A DNA stretch of 64,000 nt. It comes from Eledone cirrhosa. Lineage: Eukaryota. The stretch lies in assembly GCA_964016885.1 (NCBI GenBank), contig OZ024744.1:43648001-43712000 (forward strand), given 5' to 3'. Each line of letters opens with the position of its first letter. The first letter of the stretch is position 1. Below are positions 1 through 13,489 of the stretch, piece by piece. Below the pieces are notes generated by a model that saw only the letters and a list, made by a program, of their open reading frames with translations, ran no database searches and was not told the origin of the DNA. A program made the position numbers and the translations under genes.

Positions 1-3000
1 AAACCACCAGCAGCAGAGATGGCAGCAACAACTGTAGCAGCAACAAGAGTAGCAACTGTAACAGCAACAACCCCAGCAACAGTAGCAAAACCAACACCAC
101 CACCACCCAACGCGCCAGAAGTAGCACCAGGGCCTACACCATCCACCACGCCACAACCAAAACCAACGCCTGTGGAGGATTTTCCACTCCCCGGCCTATC
201 ACAACTGGAGACAGATTGTGACGACGAGGAGTTGCAAAGGGTATCAGGAAAAAAGAAAAACGAAACCAAAAAAGAAAAAATTCTCTTCCTTCCCCCTCCA
301 AAAACAAAATACAGAGGGAAACATAAACTATCAAACAAAAAATTTAGGACAGATATGCCACCATCCACACCAGCATCACCAACCCCATCACCACAAACAC
401 CAACACCATCAACATCATTAACCCCAACACCACCATCACCAACACCACAAAAGTCACCAAAAAGCGAAACAGAAACAAACCCACAACAAACGCAAACAAA
501 GCAAAACAACCAAAACGATACACACTACACAGCAATAAATTTCAACAACAACCAATTATTACACTACATCCAACACAACACCAGCATGACAGAAAAAGAC
601 TACACAACAACCCAAAAGTTCACACCGCCTCCACACATACAAATCACTCGCATCACACAGAAAACGTACACGACACTAAAACAAAAATTCCCCAAAGACA
701 TGGGAGGCTTCCAACAAGCACTCTCCTGGAGGATTTATAAGGACATCCTTCCTGAGGAGGCCACAAGCAGTGAAAAGGATGGACAAACCATCCTTCCTCT
801 ACGAGAAGTAAGGTAAGTGGTCTTTCCCATCTTTTCCACTCCATTTCAACATGACCTCACTCAGAATAGGCAGCATAAATGCGCGTGGCTTGGGGTCGTC
901 ATGGAAGCAGGGCCACCTGCTCTACGACCTCAGGTCACTAAACATAGATGTAGTGGCCATCAGCGAGACCAGAATCTCCGAAGCACGGGCCTTCGCACCG
1001 ATCTTCGGCGGCTACGATGTGTACGCATCTCCCAGCCGTCCGGGATCAGGGGGGGGGGGTGGAGTTGCTTTGCTTTTTCGGAGAGGTTTGGATCTCGCCA
1101 TACGGGTCATCTTCCTGGATCCAGAAGGTAAGTTGGTGGTGCTGGACGTGACCAGCGGAGACGGGCAAGCTTTCAGGCTAGTGGCCGTCTATGCCCCGAC
1201 AGGAGCAGGGCGGCCTGATTTCTTCTGGCGTCTGGAGACTTTTCTTGGAACGTCCCGCTCTTTAGTGTTAGTGGGCGACTGGAACGGGATCTTAGATACA
1301 CGCTGGGACTGTGTGGCATTAGCAGATAGGGGAGGAGGGTGCAAGAGCTTTAACCAACCTGCTCAGGCGTTTTGAACTGTCTGACAGGTACCGATTGGAT
1401 TTCCCGACGTGCCAATGTGAACTTGGACAAATCGCATAGGGTCATCCAGATCATATCTAGATAGAGTATTTTGTAGGGAAATAGATAGGTCTAGCATAGG
1501 CTGTCCACAATTCAAGATAGTCAGCCACACGGACCACAAATTCGTGATCTGTGTGCTAGACTTAGATAGGCTTCATAAACGAGGACCCGGCTACTGGAAG
1601 CTAAACGCGTCCTTGCCAGCGCGCAAGGCCTACAGAGACCGGATTAGCGAACTAGTTAAGCGAGCGTTGACGGGGGCCATCGTCAACTACAAGTGGTGGT
1701 TTGCTCAGAAAAGAGCGATTAGAATAGAGTCCATTAGATTTAGTAAGGCTTTAGCAATAGAGAAACATAGAGCAGAGGGAGAACGAGTTAGAAAATTAGA
1801 CGATACGCTTTGCAAAGGCATCGCGACCGACGTACTTGCGGCGAAATTGGCCCTTGATCAATTCTTCAATGCAAAGAACGAAGGCTGCGTTGTCAGAGCT
1901 AGAGTGCGTGCTCTCAGACACAAGGTGACGAAAGGCGTTCAATGGGCCCGAATGACGGAAGCGCGTCGTGGCAACAAAGCCACGATCCGGTCTTTGGTGG
2001 ACCACGACGGGCGCATGCTACTCGATCCCGGGCAAATGAGTGAAGCTTTTCAGCGACAGTTCGCACAGCTGTTCGGGGGCAGCGGCGGGCCGAATCGAGG
2101 GATGGACTTTAGTGTCTATCTCGAGGGACTGCCGTGGCTCCCGGCCACTGAGGCGCAGTGTTGCGAAAAGCCGATAACAGCCGCTGAAGTACGGGAGGCA
2201 ATGACTGGCTGCACAAGGGGTAAATCGCCTGGTTTTGATGGTCTGCCCTATGAACTTTACGTACAGAGGCCAAACTTGTTCGGAAGCCTCTTGGCGGAGG
2301 TCCACTGCAACTCGCAACAGAACGGGAGAATTCCCAGCTCTGTGAGCCGAGGAGCGGTGGCACTGCTGAGAAAGGATCCGAACAAGGGCGATAACATTCC
2401 CGACAGATCCATCCACAACAACCTCGACCTCATGCGATACATCGTAGAGAGGGTAGCTAGGGAACCTGGCACGGGTGGGTCCTTGATCAATTTAGATCAG
2501 TTGAAAGTTTTCGATTGGGTCGACCATCGTTACCTAGCGGCAGTCCTGAGGGCGGCTGGCTTTGGGCCCGTCTTCAGAGGCTGGATCGCTGCCATGCACA
2601 GCGACATCTGCACTGTGGTGAGAGTGAACGGTCACCTTTCGGAACCGTTCGACATCATTCGCTCGGTTCGCCAAGGATGTCCCCTCTCGTCCCTCTTGTA
2701 CGTATTGACTCTCGAGCCATTACTGCACAAACTGGAGACGTTGAGGGGCGTCGTGCGCGAACTAGGATGCGGAAGATCCGTGTCAGCATATGCGGACGAT
2801 GTCACCGTAGCTGTGTCGAACGCCAAACATATCGAGGCGATCGACACTACACTAAGAGAATACGAAACGGTGACAGGAGCAATGATCAACCAGGAAAAGT
2901 CAGTGGGCCTGCAGCTCGGCACCTGGAGAGGCAGGTCCATGCCGTACAACAGCGTAGTCGGGCCCTGGACGGACGGACCGGTTAAATTGCTAGGGGTCTG

Positions 3001-4183
3001 GTTCGGTCCAGACCTCCAGACGGACAAAAACTGGGATGAGGTGACGAGCAGGGTGGCTTCTCTCACCCAGAAATGGGCGGAGAGGAAGCTATCCCTGAAA
3101 GGTCGAGCGGAGGTGGCTAACGCGTACATCGTGTCCGTCACCTGACCGTCGTACCTTGTCCTAAGCCCCGCCTGACTGCGCTGGAGCGTTTGCTCTTACG
3201 CTTTTTGTGGAAGGGACGCGCTCCGATGGTCAGGCGGTCCATCTGTTGTCAACACCCGCTACGTGGAGAGCTGGGCATGCCGTGGCTGATGATGCGCAGA
3301 CACGCGCTCAGGCTACGACATCTCCACCTCTTCCTCGACGGTGATCAGGTGTGGTCGCCGTTTGCTAGATGCGTCTTTCCCCAGCTCGTCTTCTTGACGG
3401 AGCTGCAGTCCTGGGTCAAGCGAAGACCGAGAGGGAGCGCTTGGAGACTGGAATGTCTTCAGGCGCTCACAACCCTCGACCAATCGGGAAATGTGATCGG
3501 TGGAAACTCCACCTTGGCGTTCTATAGAGGATTAGTGGGGAGGAAGGGCGACGACGTACTTCGAGAAACTCTAGGCCTCGACGAAAATCAACTAGCCAAT
3601 CTCTTTGGAATGACTTTGGGGCCGGGGCCTATGGACAACTTCCAGAAATCCCTGGCCTGGCAGTGCTACCGAGGAGCTTTGCCAGTTCGGGATAAACTCT
3701 ACAGGCATGGAGGTGCCGTCAGCCGGGAATGTGCGAGATGCTTGCAGGGCGACGAAACCGTCCTGCACGCAATCGTCCAGTGTCCGAGCATTGCTGACTT
3801 GTGGGTTTATGTCGAACACCTGCTGTCACGTGTAGGACGGAAGTGCTATCTTCCCAGCATTTTGTTGAAAGATGGGTGAGAGAAGCAAGTATGGCCCGAG
3901 TGAATGGGCCTACTCTGAGTATGTGTCTGTAAATTAAAGGTGGAAAACTGGGAGAGAGCACTTGCCCTGGTCGTCAGGGTCACTGTTGCCTTTTAATGGG
4001 CTTTCTCCACAAATGTCCCTCCGAAGTCTCCCCCCTATTGGGGAATTTTTCATTGTTATTTTTTTTGTTACATCCTCTGTTTTTGTTTTTTACACGCAGA
4101 AATGCCCATTTGTACCGTCCTGTATTGTCCTGTACTGTCCTTAATGTCTACTTTATGTAAACCCTTGTGGTTAATAAAGAAAA
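1..4183 (+). mobile_element. L1/Tx1-clade non-LTR retrotransposon, copy 1 (5' end outside window; defective)
   Basis: Pro/Thr-rich ORF1 end (19-816). ORF2 pieces: APE endonuclease (GSINARG, ISET, VYAP, GDWN, SHTDH), RT (QGCPLS, YADD) and C-terminal CARC...ETVLH...C zinc finger. Has frameshifts and internal deletions relative to copy 2; ends in (ATT)n. Confidence 0.93.
851..3932 (+). pseudogene. Disrupted ORF2 (APE-RT-zf) of LINE copy 1
   Basis: ORFs 851-1375, 1544-3145 and 3190-3879 are collinear with copy 2 ORF2; deletions near 2397, 3140 and 3840. Confidence 0.9.

Positions 4184-4241
<58 letters not shown>
4184..4241. repeat. (ATT)n tail of copy 1 / target site of copy 2
   Basis: Pure ATT run joining the 3' UTR of copy 1 to the 5' end of copy 2. 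Confidence 0.95.
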
Positions 4242-4449
4242 GTCGACCTACGTAGTAAATCGTATCATCGTGAGCTCCGCAAAGGTTTGTTATTTTCGTT
4301 TGTTAAAAATTGCCATTTATGGAAAATTTTATTGTTAACTGTTTATAAGCACACATACATTTTTTTCCGAAAAGGACACCCAAAAAGATTGGGGCCTTGT
4401 GCCCAAAATTTTAACTTTTATTATTATCCAAAAATTCCTTTGAAAAAAA

Positions 4450-6452
4450 ATGGCTAATTTGCCTCTGCACGAAGCAGCTGAAAGCCTTCCTCACAAAATA
4501 ACACCTCACACCGACACCACCATTGTAAATGTTACTACGTTTGCCAACACAAAAAAAAATATAAGCAGTAGCAATATTTTAAATTTGTCTCAGGCAGACA
4601 TTCATTTCCCGCCATTACCAATGACTGCAGGTGTTAAAGCCTCCACCACCACCACCACCACCGCGACAACCACCACCCCCACCACCACCGCGACAACAGA
4701 AACAAAAGAAGAAAAAAATAAATTAACTCGTGATGTCGAAATGAAATCAAGCAAAATGGACTCTTCCGCACCAAAGACGACTGACGTCACCACCACCACA
4801 ACTGAAACTAAAATTAAGATTAACACAAATAACGATAGCAACAACAACAACAATGACATTATAAAACCGACCCTCAGTTTCGCCATCGTAGCAAAACAAT
4901 TCGAAGCGTTCACGGTAACTCAAGAGGATTTAGAAAATGCCAAACAAATGGTAAAGAAAGATGGGTACAGGATCAGCCTCACCCCCCCCCCCCCCCACCT
5001 AATAAAATGGAGCATCGGCGCCTATGCACCGTGTCGTATAGAACAATAAATGTAAAATCGCGCCGAGTGGAACGGGCATCCGAGTCCCAAATCCAAAAAG
5101 CTTTGGGACATGTGTGGGCAAGAAAAACCCACATCAGACGTGGGCAAAAGTATGGAACCGTGGATGTGTTCTTTGAAACACCAGAGGAGGCTAGAGAACA
5201 CTCCATGGCCCCATTAAAAAGTGACGACTTCACACTCGTCCCAAGCTATTGTGGCCAGAGACTCGTAAAGATCAGGGTGACCCACGTTCCACCGGCCATC
5301 GAAATTCCCTGGCTAATAGCGGCTGTCCTAGCCGGCATCGAAGCCAACACGAAAATAATAGCAATAGCAAAAGAAAAGCAGGAAAACTGGTCCCGATCTG
5401 GGATGGAGCTCCTGATCCAAGCGGACCAAAAAAGCATTGAGGAGATCCCAGAGGTAATAGACCTCACTGACGGCAGCCACCTCACGGTAATTGTCGAGGG
5501 CAGAAGACCTAGTTGTGTGGTTTGTGGTGAAGGAACCCACCTAAGGGCTTTCTGCCCTCAGGCTAAAAGGTTGAGGCCACCTCTCCTACCCACCCCAGTG
5601 ACACAACCATCAACACCACCAGTAGCAGAGATGGCAGCAACAACTGTAGCAGCAAAAACAGAAGCAACTATAACAGCAACAACCCCAGCAACAGTAGCAA
5701 AACCAACACCACTACCACCACCAGCAAAACCAAAACCACCACCACCCAACGCTTCAGAACTAGCACCAGCGCCTACACCATCCACCGCACCACAACCAAA
5801 ACTAACGCCTGTGGAGGATTTTCCACTCCCCGACCTATCACAACTGGAGACATATTGTGACGACGAGGAGTGGGAAACGATATCCGGAAAAAAAAAAAGA
5901 AACCAAAAAAGAAAAAATTCTCTTCCTTCCCCCTCCAAAAACAAAATACAGAGGGAAACAAATAAACTAAGAAACAAATAGGTTAGGACAGATATGCCAC
6001 CATCCACACCAGCATCACCAACCCCATCAACCAAAACACCAACACCATCACCATCATTAACTCCAACACCACCATCACCTACACCACAAAAGTCACCAAA
6101 ATGCGAAACAGAAACAAACCCACAACAAACGCAAACAAAACAAAACAACCAAAACGATACACACTACACAGCATTAAATTTGAACAACAAGCAATTATTA
6201 CACTACATCCAACACAACACCAGCATCACAGAAAAAGACTACACAACCCCGAAATTCACACCCCCTCCACACATACAAATCACTCGCATCACACAGAAAA
6301 CGTACATGACACTAAAACAAAAATTCCCAAAAGTCATCGGAGACTTCCGACAAGCACTCTCCAGGAGGATTTATAAGGACATCCTTCCTGAGGAGGCCAC
6401 AAGCAGTGAAAAGGATGGAAAAACCGTCCTTCCCCTACGAGAAGTAAGGTAA
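4450..6452 (+). pseudogene. ORF1 (gag-like nucleic-acid-binding protein, zinc knuckle) of LINE copy 2, frameshifted
   Basis: ORFs 4450-5049, 5007-5981 and 5994-6452; breaks at poly-C ~4982-4996 and poly-A ~5887-5898. C-terminus matches copy 1 ORF 19-816. Confidence 0.85.
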
Positions 6453-6485
6453 GTGGTCTTTCCCATCTTTCCACTCCTTTTCAAC

Positions 6486-9400
6486 ATGACCTCACTCAGA
6501 ATAGGCAGCATAAATGCGCGTGGCTTGGGGTCGTCATGGAAGCAGGGCCACCTGCTCAACGACCTCAGGTCACTAAACATAGATGTAGTGGCCATCAGCG
6601 AGACCAGAATCTCCGAAGCACAGGCTTTCGCACCGATCTTCGGCGGCTACGATGTGTACGCATCTCCCAGCCGTCCGGGATCGGGGGGAGGAGTTGCTGT
6701 GCTTTTTCGGAGAGGTTTGGATCTTGCCATACGGGCCATCTTCCTGGACCCAGAAGGTAAGTTGGTGGTGCTGGACGTGACCAGCGGAGACGGGCAAGCT
6801 TTCAGGTTAGTGGCCGTCTATGCCCCGACAGGAGCAGGGCGGCCTGATTTCTTCCGGCGTCTGGAGACCTTTCTTGGAACGTCCCGCTCTTTAGTGTTAG
6901 TGGGCGACTGGAACGGGATCTTAGATGCACGCTGGGATTGTGTGGGATTAGTGGATAGGGAAGGAGGGTGCAAGAGTCTCACCAACCTGCTCAGACGTTT
7001 TGAACTGTCTGACAGGTACCGAATCGATTTCCCGAATGTACCAATCGCATAGGGTCATCCAGATCATATCTAGATAGAGTATTTTGTAGGGAAATAGATA
7101 GGTCTAGCATAGGCTGTCCACAATTCAAGATAGTCAGCTACACGGACCACGAATTCGTGATCTGTGTGCTTGACTTAGATAGGCTTCATAGGCGAGGACC
7201 CGGATACTGGAAGCTAAACGCGTCCTTACCAGCGCGCAAGGCCTACAGAGACCGGATTAGCGAACTAGTTAAGCGGGCGTTGACGGGGGCCATCGTCAAC
7301 AACAAGTGGTGCTTTGCTCTGAAAAGAGCAATTAGAATAGAGTCCATTAGGTTTAGTAAGTCTTTAGCAATAGAGAAAAATAGAGCAGAGGGAGAACTAG
7401 TTAGAGAATTAGACGAGGCGCTTAGCAAAGGCATCGCGACCGACGTACTTGCGGCGAAATTGGCCCTTGACCAATTCTTCAATGCAAAGCACGAAGGCTG
7501 CGTTGTCAGAGCTAGGGTGCGTGCTCTCAGACACGAGGGGACGAAAGCCGTTCAATGGGCCCGAGTGGCGGAGGCGCGTCGTGGCAACAAAGCCACGATC
7601 CGGTCTTTGGTGGACCACGACGGGCGCATGCTACTCGATCCCGGGCAAATGTGTGAAGCTTTTCAGCGACACTTCGCTCAACTGTTCGGGGGAAGTGGCG
7701 GGCCGGATCGAGAGATGGACTTTAGTGTCTACCTCGACGGACTGCCGCGGCTTTCGGCCACTGAGGCGGAGTGTTGCGAAAAGCCGATAACAACCGCTGA
7801 AGTACGGGATGCAATGACTAGTTGCACAAGGGGTAAATCGCCTGGTTTGGATGGTCTGCCCTATGAACTTTATGTACAAATGCCAAACTTGTTCGGAGGC
7901 CTCTTGGCGGACGTCTACTGCAAATGGTAACAGAACGTGAGAATTCCCAGCTCTGTGAGCCGAGGAACGGTGGTGCTGCTGAGAAAGGATCCGAACAAGG
8001 GGGATAACATAGATAATTTTAGGCCCATAACTCTGCTAAACACAGAGTTCAAGATTTTGGCCAAGGTGCTAGCAAAGAGGTTGGCGCTTGTCGTTGGTTG
8101 TCTGGTGGGAGAGGCGCATACATGCGCCATTCCCGACAGATCCATCCACGACAACCTCCACCTCATGCGATACATCGTAGAGAGGGTAGCTAGGGAACCT
8201 GGTACGGGTGGGTCTTTGATCAATTTAGATCAGTCGAAAGCCTTCGATAGGGTCGACCATCGTTACCTAGCGGCAGTCCTGAGGGCGGCTGGCTTTGGGT
8301 CCGTCTTCAGAGGCTGGATCACTGCCATGCACAGCGACATCTGCTCTGTAGTGAGAGTGAACGGTCACCTATCGGAACCGTTCAACATCATGCGCTCGGT
8401 CCGCCAAGGATGTCACCTCTCGTCCCTATTGTACGTATTGACTCTCGAGCCATTACTGAACAAACTGGAGACGTTGAGGGGGGTCCCGCGCGAAATAGGA
8501 TGCGGAAGATCCGTGTCAGCATATGCCGACGATGTCACCGTAGTGGTGTCGAACGCCAAACACATCGAGGCGATCGGCACTACACTAAGAGAATACGAAG
8601 CGGTGACAGGAGCAATGATCAACCAGGAAAAGTCAGTGGGCCTGCAGCTCGGCACCTGGAGAGGCAGGTCCATGCCGTCCAACAGCGTCGTCGGGCGCTG
8701 GACGGACGGACCGGTTAAATTGCTAGGGGTCTGGTTCGGTCCAGACCTCCAGACGGACAAAAACTGGGACGAGGTGACGAGCAGGGTGGCTTCTCTCACC
8801 CAGAAATGGGCCGAGAGGAAGCTATCCCTGAAAGGTCGAGCGGAGGTGGCGAATGCGTACATCGCATCCGTCATCTACTACCGCCTGACCGTCGTACCTT
8901 GTCCTAAGCCCCGCCTGACTGCGCTGGAGCGTTTGCTCTTTCGCTTCTTGTGGAAGGGACGCGCTCCGATGGTCAGGCGGTCCATCTGCTGTCAATACCC
9001 GCTACGTGGAGGGCTGGGCATGCCGTGGCTGATGATGCGCAGACACGCGCTCAGGCTACGACATCTCCACCTCTTCCTCGACGGTGATCAGGTGTGGTCG
9101 CCGTTTGCAAGACACGTTTTTCCCCAGCTCGTCTCCTTGACGGAGCTGCAGTCCTGGGTCAAGCGAAGACCGAGAGGGAGCGCTTGGAGACTGGAATGTC
9201 TTCAGGCGCTCACAGCCCTCGACCAATCGGGCAATGTGATCGGTGGAAACTCCACCTTGGCGTTCTATAGGGGATTAGTGGAGGGGAAGAGCGACGACGT
9301 ACTTGGAGAAACTCTAGGCGTCGATGAAAATCAACTAGCCAATCTCTTTGGAAGGACTTTCGGGCCGGGGCCTATGGACAACTTCCAGAAATCCCTGGCC

Positions 9401-9889
9401 TGGCAGTGCTACCGAGGAGCTTTGCCAGTTCGGGATAAACTCTACAGGCATGGAGGTGCCGTCAGCCGGGCATATCCGAGATGCGCACAGGGCGACGAAA
9501 CCGTCCTGCACGCACTCATCCAGTGTCCGAGCATTACTGACTTGTGGGTTTATGTCGAACACCTGCTGTCACGTGTAGGACGGATCCAGCTATCAGCTGA
9601 GTCCATCGTGAGGATTGCCCCACCCCCTTCCTTTAGCCGGGAAGGGCAGGCAGTTTTTATCTGTCTGGTGGCCATGGCGAAAGAGATAGTATGGTGGACA
9701 CGTTTGAAAGGGCTGAAGACGAGCACTTACCTCTTCGGTGATGCTCTGATTAACTTTTTCAAATTTCATTTGAAAAGGAAAATCAGGGTAGAGAGGGAAG
9801 TGCTCTCTTCCCAGCATTTTGTTGAAAGATGGGTGAGAGAAGCAAGTATGGCCCGAATGAATGGGCCTTCTCTGAGTATGTGTCTGTAA
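6486..9889 (+). pseudogene. ORF2 (APE endonuclease-RT-zinc finger) of LINE copy 2
   Basis: ORFs 6453-7052, 7157-7930 and 7937-9889; motifs NFRPITLLN, LDQSKAFDRVDH, YADD; small deletion ~7045 and TAA at 7928. Confidence 0.92.
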
Positions 9890-10131
9890 ATTAAAGGTGG
9901 AAAACTGGGAGAGGGCACTTGCCCTGGTGGTCAGGGCCACTGTGGTCTTTTAATGGGCTTTCTCCACAGATGTCCCTCGGAAGTCTCCCCCCTATTGGGG
10001 AATTTTTCTTTGTTATTTTATTTCAACCTCTGTTTTTTTACACGCAGAAATGCCCATTTGTACCGTCCTGTATTGTCCTGTACTGTCCTTAATGTCTACT
10101 TTATGTGAACCCTTGTGGTTAATAAAGAAAA

Positions 10132-10174
<43 letters not shown>

Positions 10175-10919
10175 TATTAACATTCTATTCTTAGAGCCAA
10201 GAGAGTGATTTTTGTTTATCATCTAATAATAATTAAATATATCATTATTGAGTTCGTAACTTCCCGCAAAAAAAAAAAAATGCGATTTATTGTTTCGGTT
10301 CCTCCTGTAATTACAACTAACATTGTTTAACCATTCTCGTTGCGGTTTTTCTCCGATTCTTCATTAATATTGTTGATGATGTATTTTGTAGCAAACCCTT
10401 GTAAGGTGAATTCAATATTTAGTCGGATATCTCTACGATATTGAATAAAATGTGTCCAATGAATATCACCATAAGAGTGTTCAGTTATTTACTAAGTCGT
10501 TAATTGTAGCATTACTGTTGGAGATATTATTCATCTTAAACTTCATGAATAGTCTTCGACGCCATATGTGCGTATATATGTATGTATGTGTGTGTGTATT
10601 TATGTATGTAAATATGTATGTATATATGTATGTATGTATGTGTGTGTGTATTTATGCATGTAAATATATATGTATATCCATATGTGTGTTCTTCTGGTTT
10701 TATAATTCTATAAATGTTTGCCAATAGAGAGAGAGTCGGTTTCTAACATAGACACAGAACTCTCTCATTATAATTTACACATCAACTAGGTAGATATGTA
10801 TGCAGGTCTGCATGCATATGTAGATATGCGTGTTATTGTATGTGTGGATGTGGATGTTTTGAATTGTATTTGTGCATGTTTATATGCTTTGTGCATGTGT
10901 ATATGCAGTTATTAGATGC

Positions 10920-11312
10920 ACAATTTTTGGAATGTTTTACATATTTTTACTGTTCCATTAATGGATTGTACTTATAATTTCCTAACTAGTTGTGTTCTTT
11001 CTGTTTCTGTGAAGCCTAGCTTCTCAAGATTTGTATTGAGGCAGTTACTAACATACCCCAGTGCCCCAATAATCACAGACATAAATCTGAAGGTGTAATC
11101 AGGTTGGAATATTTGCAGAGTTCTCATTAATTCTTCATAGATATTCTCCTTTTCACTAATCTTTGATATTATATTGGTTCTGCGGGACAGCTAACTTCCA
11201 CTACTGTGCATGCCTTCTTTTCCCTGTCCCATATCACAATATCTGGTCTGTTATGCCTGCATTTTATTGGGGTTTTTACTGGAACATTCCACCAGTGCTC
11301 TTTCATATTATG
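10920..11312 (-). mobile_element. 3' fragment of an RLE-type (R4/Dong- or NeSL-like) non-LTR retrotransposon
   Basis: Translation WWNVPVKTPIKCRHNRPDIVIWDREKKACTVVEVSCP...VIIGALG matches the restriction-like endonuclease motif RPD-x12-14-E. Confidence 0.8.
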
Positions 11313-11320
11313 TATGTATG

Positions 11321-11833
11321 GTTCTTGGTGAAGGGGGTGACTTTGGAAATCCTGCAGGACTAAAAGCAAAACCTGTCAAAGGGCAAAGGAGCTCTTAAGA
11401 GTCAATGGCCATCCAAAATCACTGGGAGAGATGACCCCTTAGCCTTTGTCAAGGCAGAATTCTAGGAGAAGGAAAACTCTGATATAACACCTGCAACCCT
11501 GATGGTATCCAATGATGTTGACTTGTTCTTCTTTTTGGTAAATATCATCTTGGTTAAGAGAGTGGGACTGGCTTTGTGCAGTGCCTTTGCTCACTATAAA
11601 AGCTTCACGGCACAGGCATTGCTTTATATCTGGAGATCTCTCTGCACTTGTCATCACATGGTACCATGGGCCCAGTGTCAGTAATTGTCACAAGTGTAGT
11701 GTTTGTACCAGAGTTTTCAAGTCGCTGGCTGGACTAAAAAGTCACACTTGTTCAGCGCATTGGTAGGGGTTCTCCAAAATGGATATAAAGTAGTGGCCGT
11801 ACTCGAAAACGAGTACGTATATGGCAGCCACCA
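11321..11833 (+). mobile_element. 5'-truncated copy of the ~600-bp RTE-derived non-autonomous repeat
   Basis: Near-identical to 30608-31210; 3' part encodes CSVCTRVFKSLAGLKSH (RTE-type C-terminal zinc-finger remnant). Confidence 0.8.
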
Positions 11834-12149
11834 TATATGTATGTATATACACTTTAATCCAGCTGCTTGTTCATACATATGTATATATATATAGCTATGT
11901 ATGTATGTGAGTATGTATGTGTATATGTATATATATTTTAATCTTTTACATCTGTTATTGCGTGCTTGCATGGGCATATTGTTGTTTTCCCACTCCCCAT
12001 TAACAGATTATGCATCCATTTTCTGCAGAGCATTTAATTTACCTTTTATTGACATAAAAAATGTTCAACACTTGTTCCAATTGTATGTGTATATATATGT
12101 ACATATATGTATCTATATGTGCTGTGGTAAATAAACATATGCATATACA

Positions 12150-12390
12150 TCAGTTCTGAACACGATGGTGCCAAACTCCCACTGTCACTGCCTTCGTCAC
12201 TCCCGCTTTCACCATCACTCATTATTATAAGCAAACAAGGGCCCACGCGCTGGCCACCCTACGGTCTCGGCGGACAGAATAGAGAAGGCGTTTTCCCGAA
12301 GGATGGTGAGGGAGACGCGCAGGAAGAGCCATTCCATCCCGTGAGGTTTCCACCTGCGAGTAGTCAACTCCGTGCCGATGGTAGTGAGTT
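12150..12390 (-). other. GC-rich island with possible first coding exon (MSDGESGSDEGSDSGSLAPSCSEL)
   Basis: CpG-rich non-repetitive segment, ATG at ~12222, acidic Ser/Gly peptide, then a GT-starting AT-rich stretch. No downstream exon found. Confidence 0.3.
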
Positions 12391-13149
12391 CCTTTTTAAA
12401 TATTTATCCAACTATTCTTAGTCATCACAACTTGCTAAATCAACATAATTTGCTTAGGAGATCGAATATGATCAAAACATACCCTTTGCTTTCACCCTCT
12501 TGGCTTGTAACCAAAGTCTAAGCTTGATGAAGCAGCTGAAGCTTAGAGAGTTTTCTCCCATGGTAGTTTCACATAACCTGAACATCTCTAAAAGTAATTT
12601 CTGTCTTGAAATTGAGAGGATAGACTTCGTATATTAACAATCACTATATTCAGATAGTATAACGTTATCTGTATGTATATACTTTATGTAGAACACTCCT
12701 AACAAGCACTTTCGTCTTACTCTGTGTTCACTCATTCCACTCATACACAAAACATACACATAGATATACACACAAACTCAACTATAAATGTGTGTGTCTG
12801 CGTGTGTGTGTGTGAAAAGGAAAAGAGCTCCTGGACTATGTAGTCCTGGATACATTCAGCATCGTTTTTACGTCCATATTTCCATGATGTGGTATAGTTT
12901 GGACATGGTATTACGATACACAATTTAACAACCAGATGCTTTTCCTCATCCAAACCTTTTAGGTTCTTCTTCCACTATACCTATTATAAAATATTGAGGT
13001 AATCACAGCAACGGGGATACGCTTATTATGTCTGTAACCAAGAGACAAGATGTTTCTTTTTCCGTATGTCTCCTCAATCAGAGAGGTACAGAACTAAATC
13101 AATAGCCAGAATCATTACATTTGATCACATATTTGTGTGATTTGTTCCG

Positions 13150-13230
13150 GCTCTCTGAGTTCAAATCCTGTTCAGATCAAATTTACTATTCATCCTTTTA
13201 AAGTAGACAATTAAAGTACCATTCTAGTGC
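13150..13230 (+). mobile_element. Decayed tRNA/Nin-domain SINE fragment
   Basis: ctctgagttcaaatcc...ttcatcc...aagtacca resembles 60421-60630. Confidence 0.6.
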
Positions 13231-13310
13231 TGGGATACATTTTTCTTCTATGTTTTTATCTCTCTCTTACACACGCAAGCACACACCCACACCCACATAC
13301 ACACACACAC

Positions 13311-13312
<2 letters not shown>

Positions 13313-13402
<90 letters not shown>
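13313..13402. repeat. (CT)n microsatellite
   Basis: Direct reading. Confidence 0.95.
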
Positions 13403-13406
<4 letters not shown>

Positions 13407-13489
13407 AGAAATTAGCTTTGATCAGACATCTTTATTAAATACCTTTAAACATTTTTCTCTTGTCATATAAAACTGTCTAACATAACTCA

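Larger units (their letters stand above)
4242..10177 (+). mobile_element. L1/Tx1-clade non-LTR retrotransposon, copy 2, apparently full length (~5.9 kb) with (ATT)n tail
   Basis: 5' UTR, ORF1 with CX2CX4HX4C knuckle (CVVCGEGTHLRAFC), ORF2 APE-RT-zf, 3' UTR with AATAAA, then (ATT)n at ~10133-10177. Confidence 0.95.

Noticed and set aside
12830-13110. Possible terminal exon of the host gene (GIVEEEP...IVYRNTMSKLYHIMEIWT)
   Set aside because: The suggestive frame has stops and I could not find a phase-compatible acceptor into it; unresolved.
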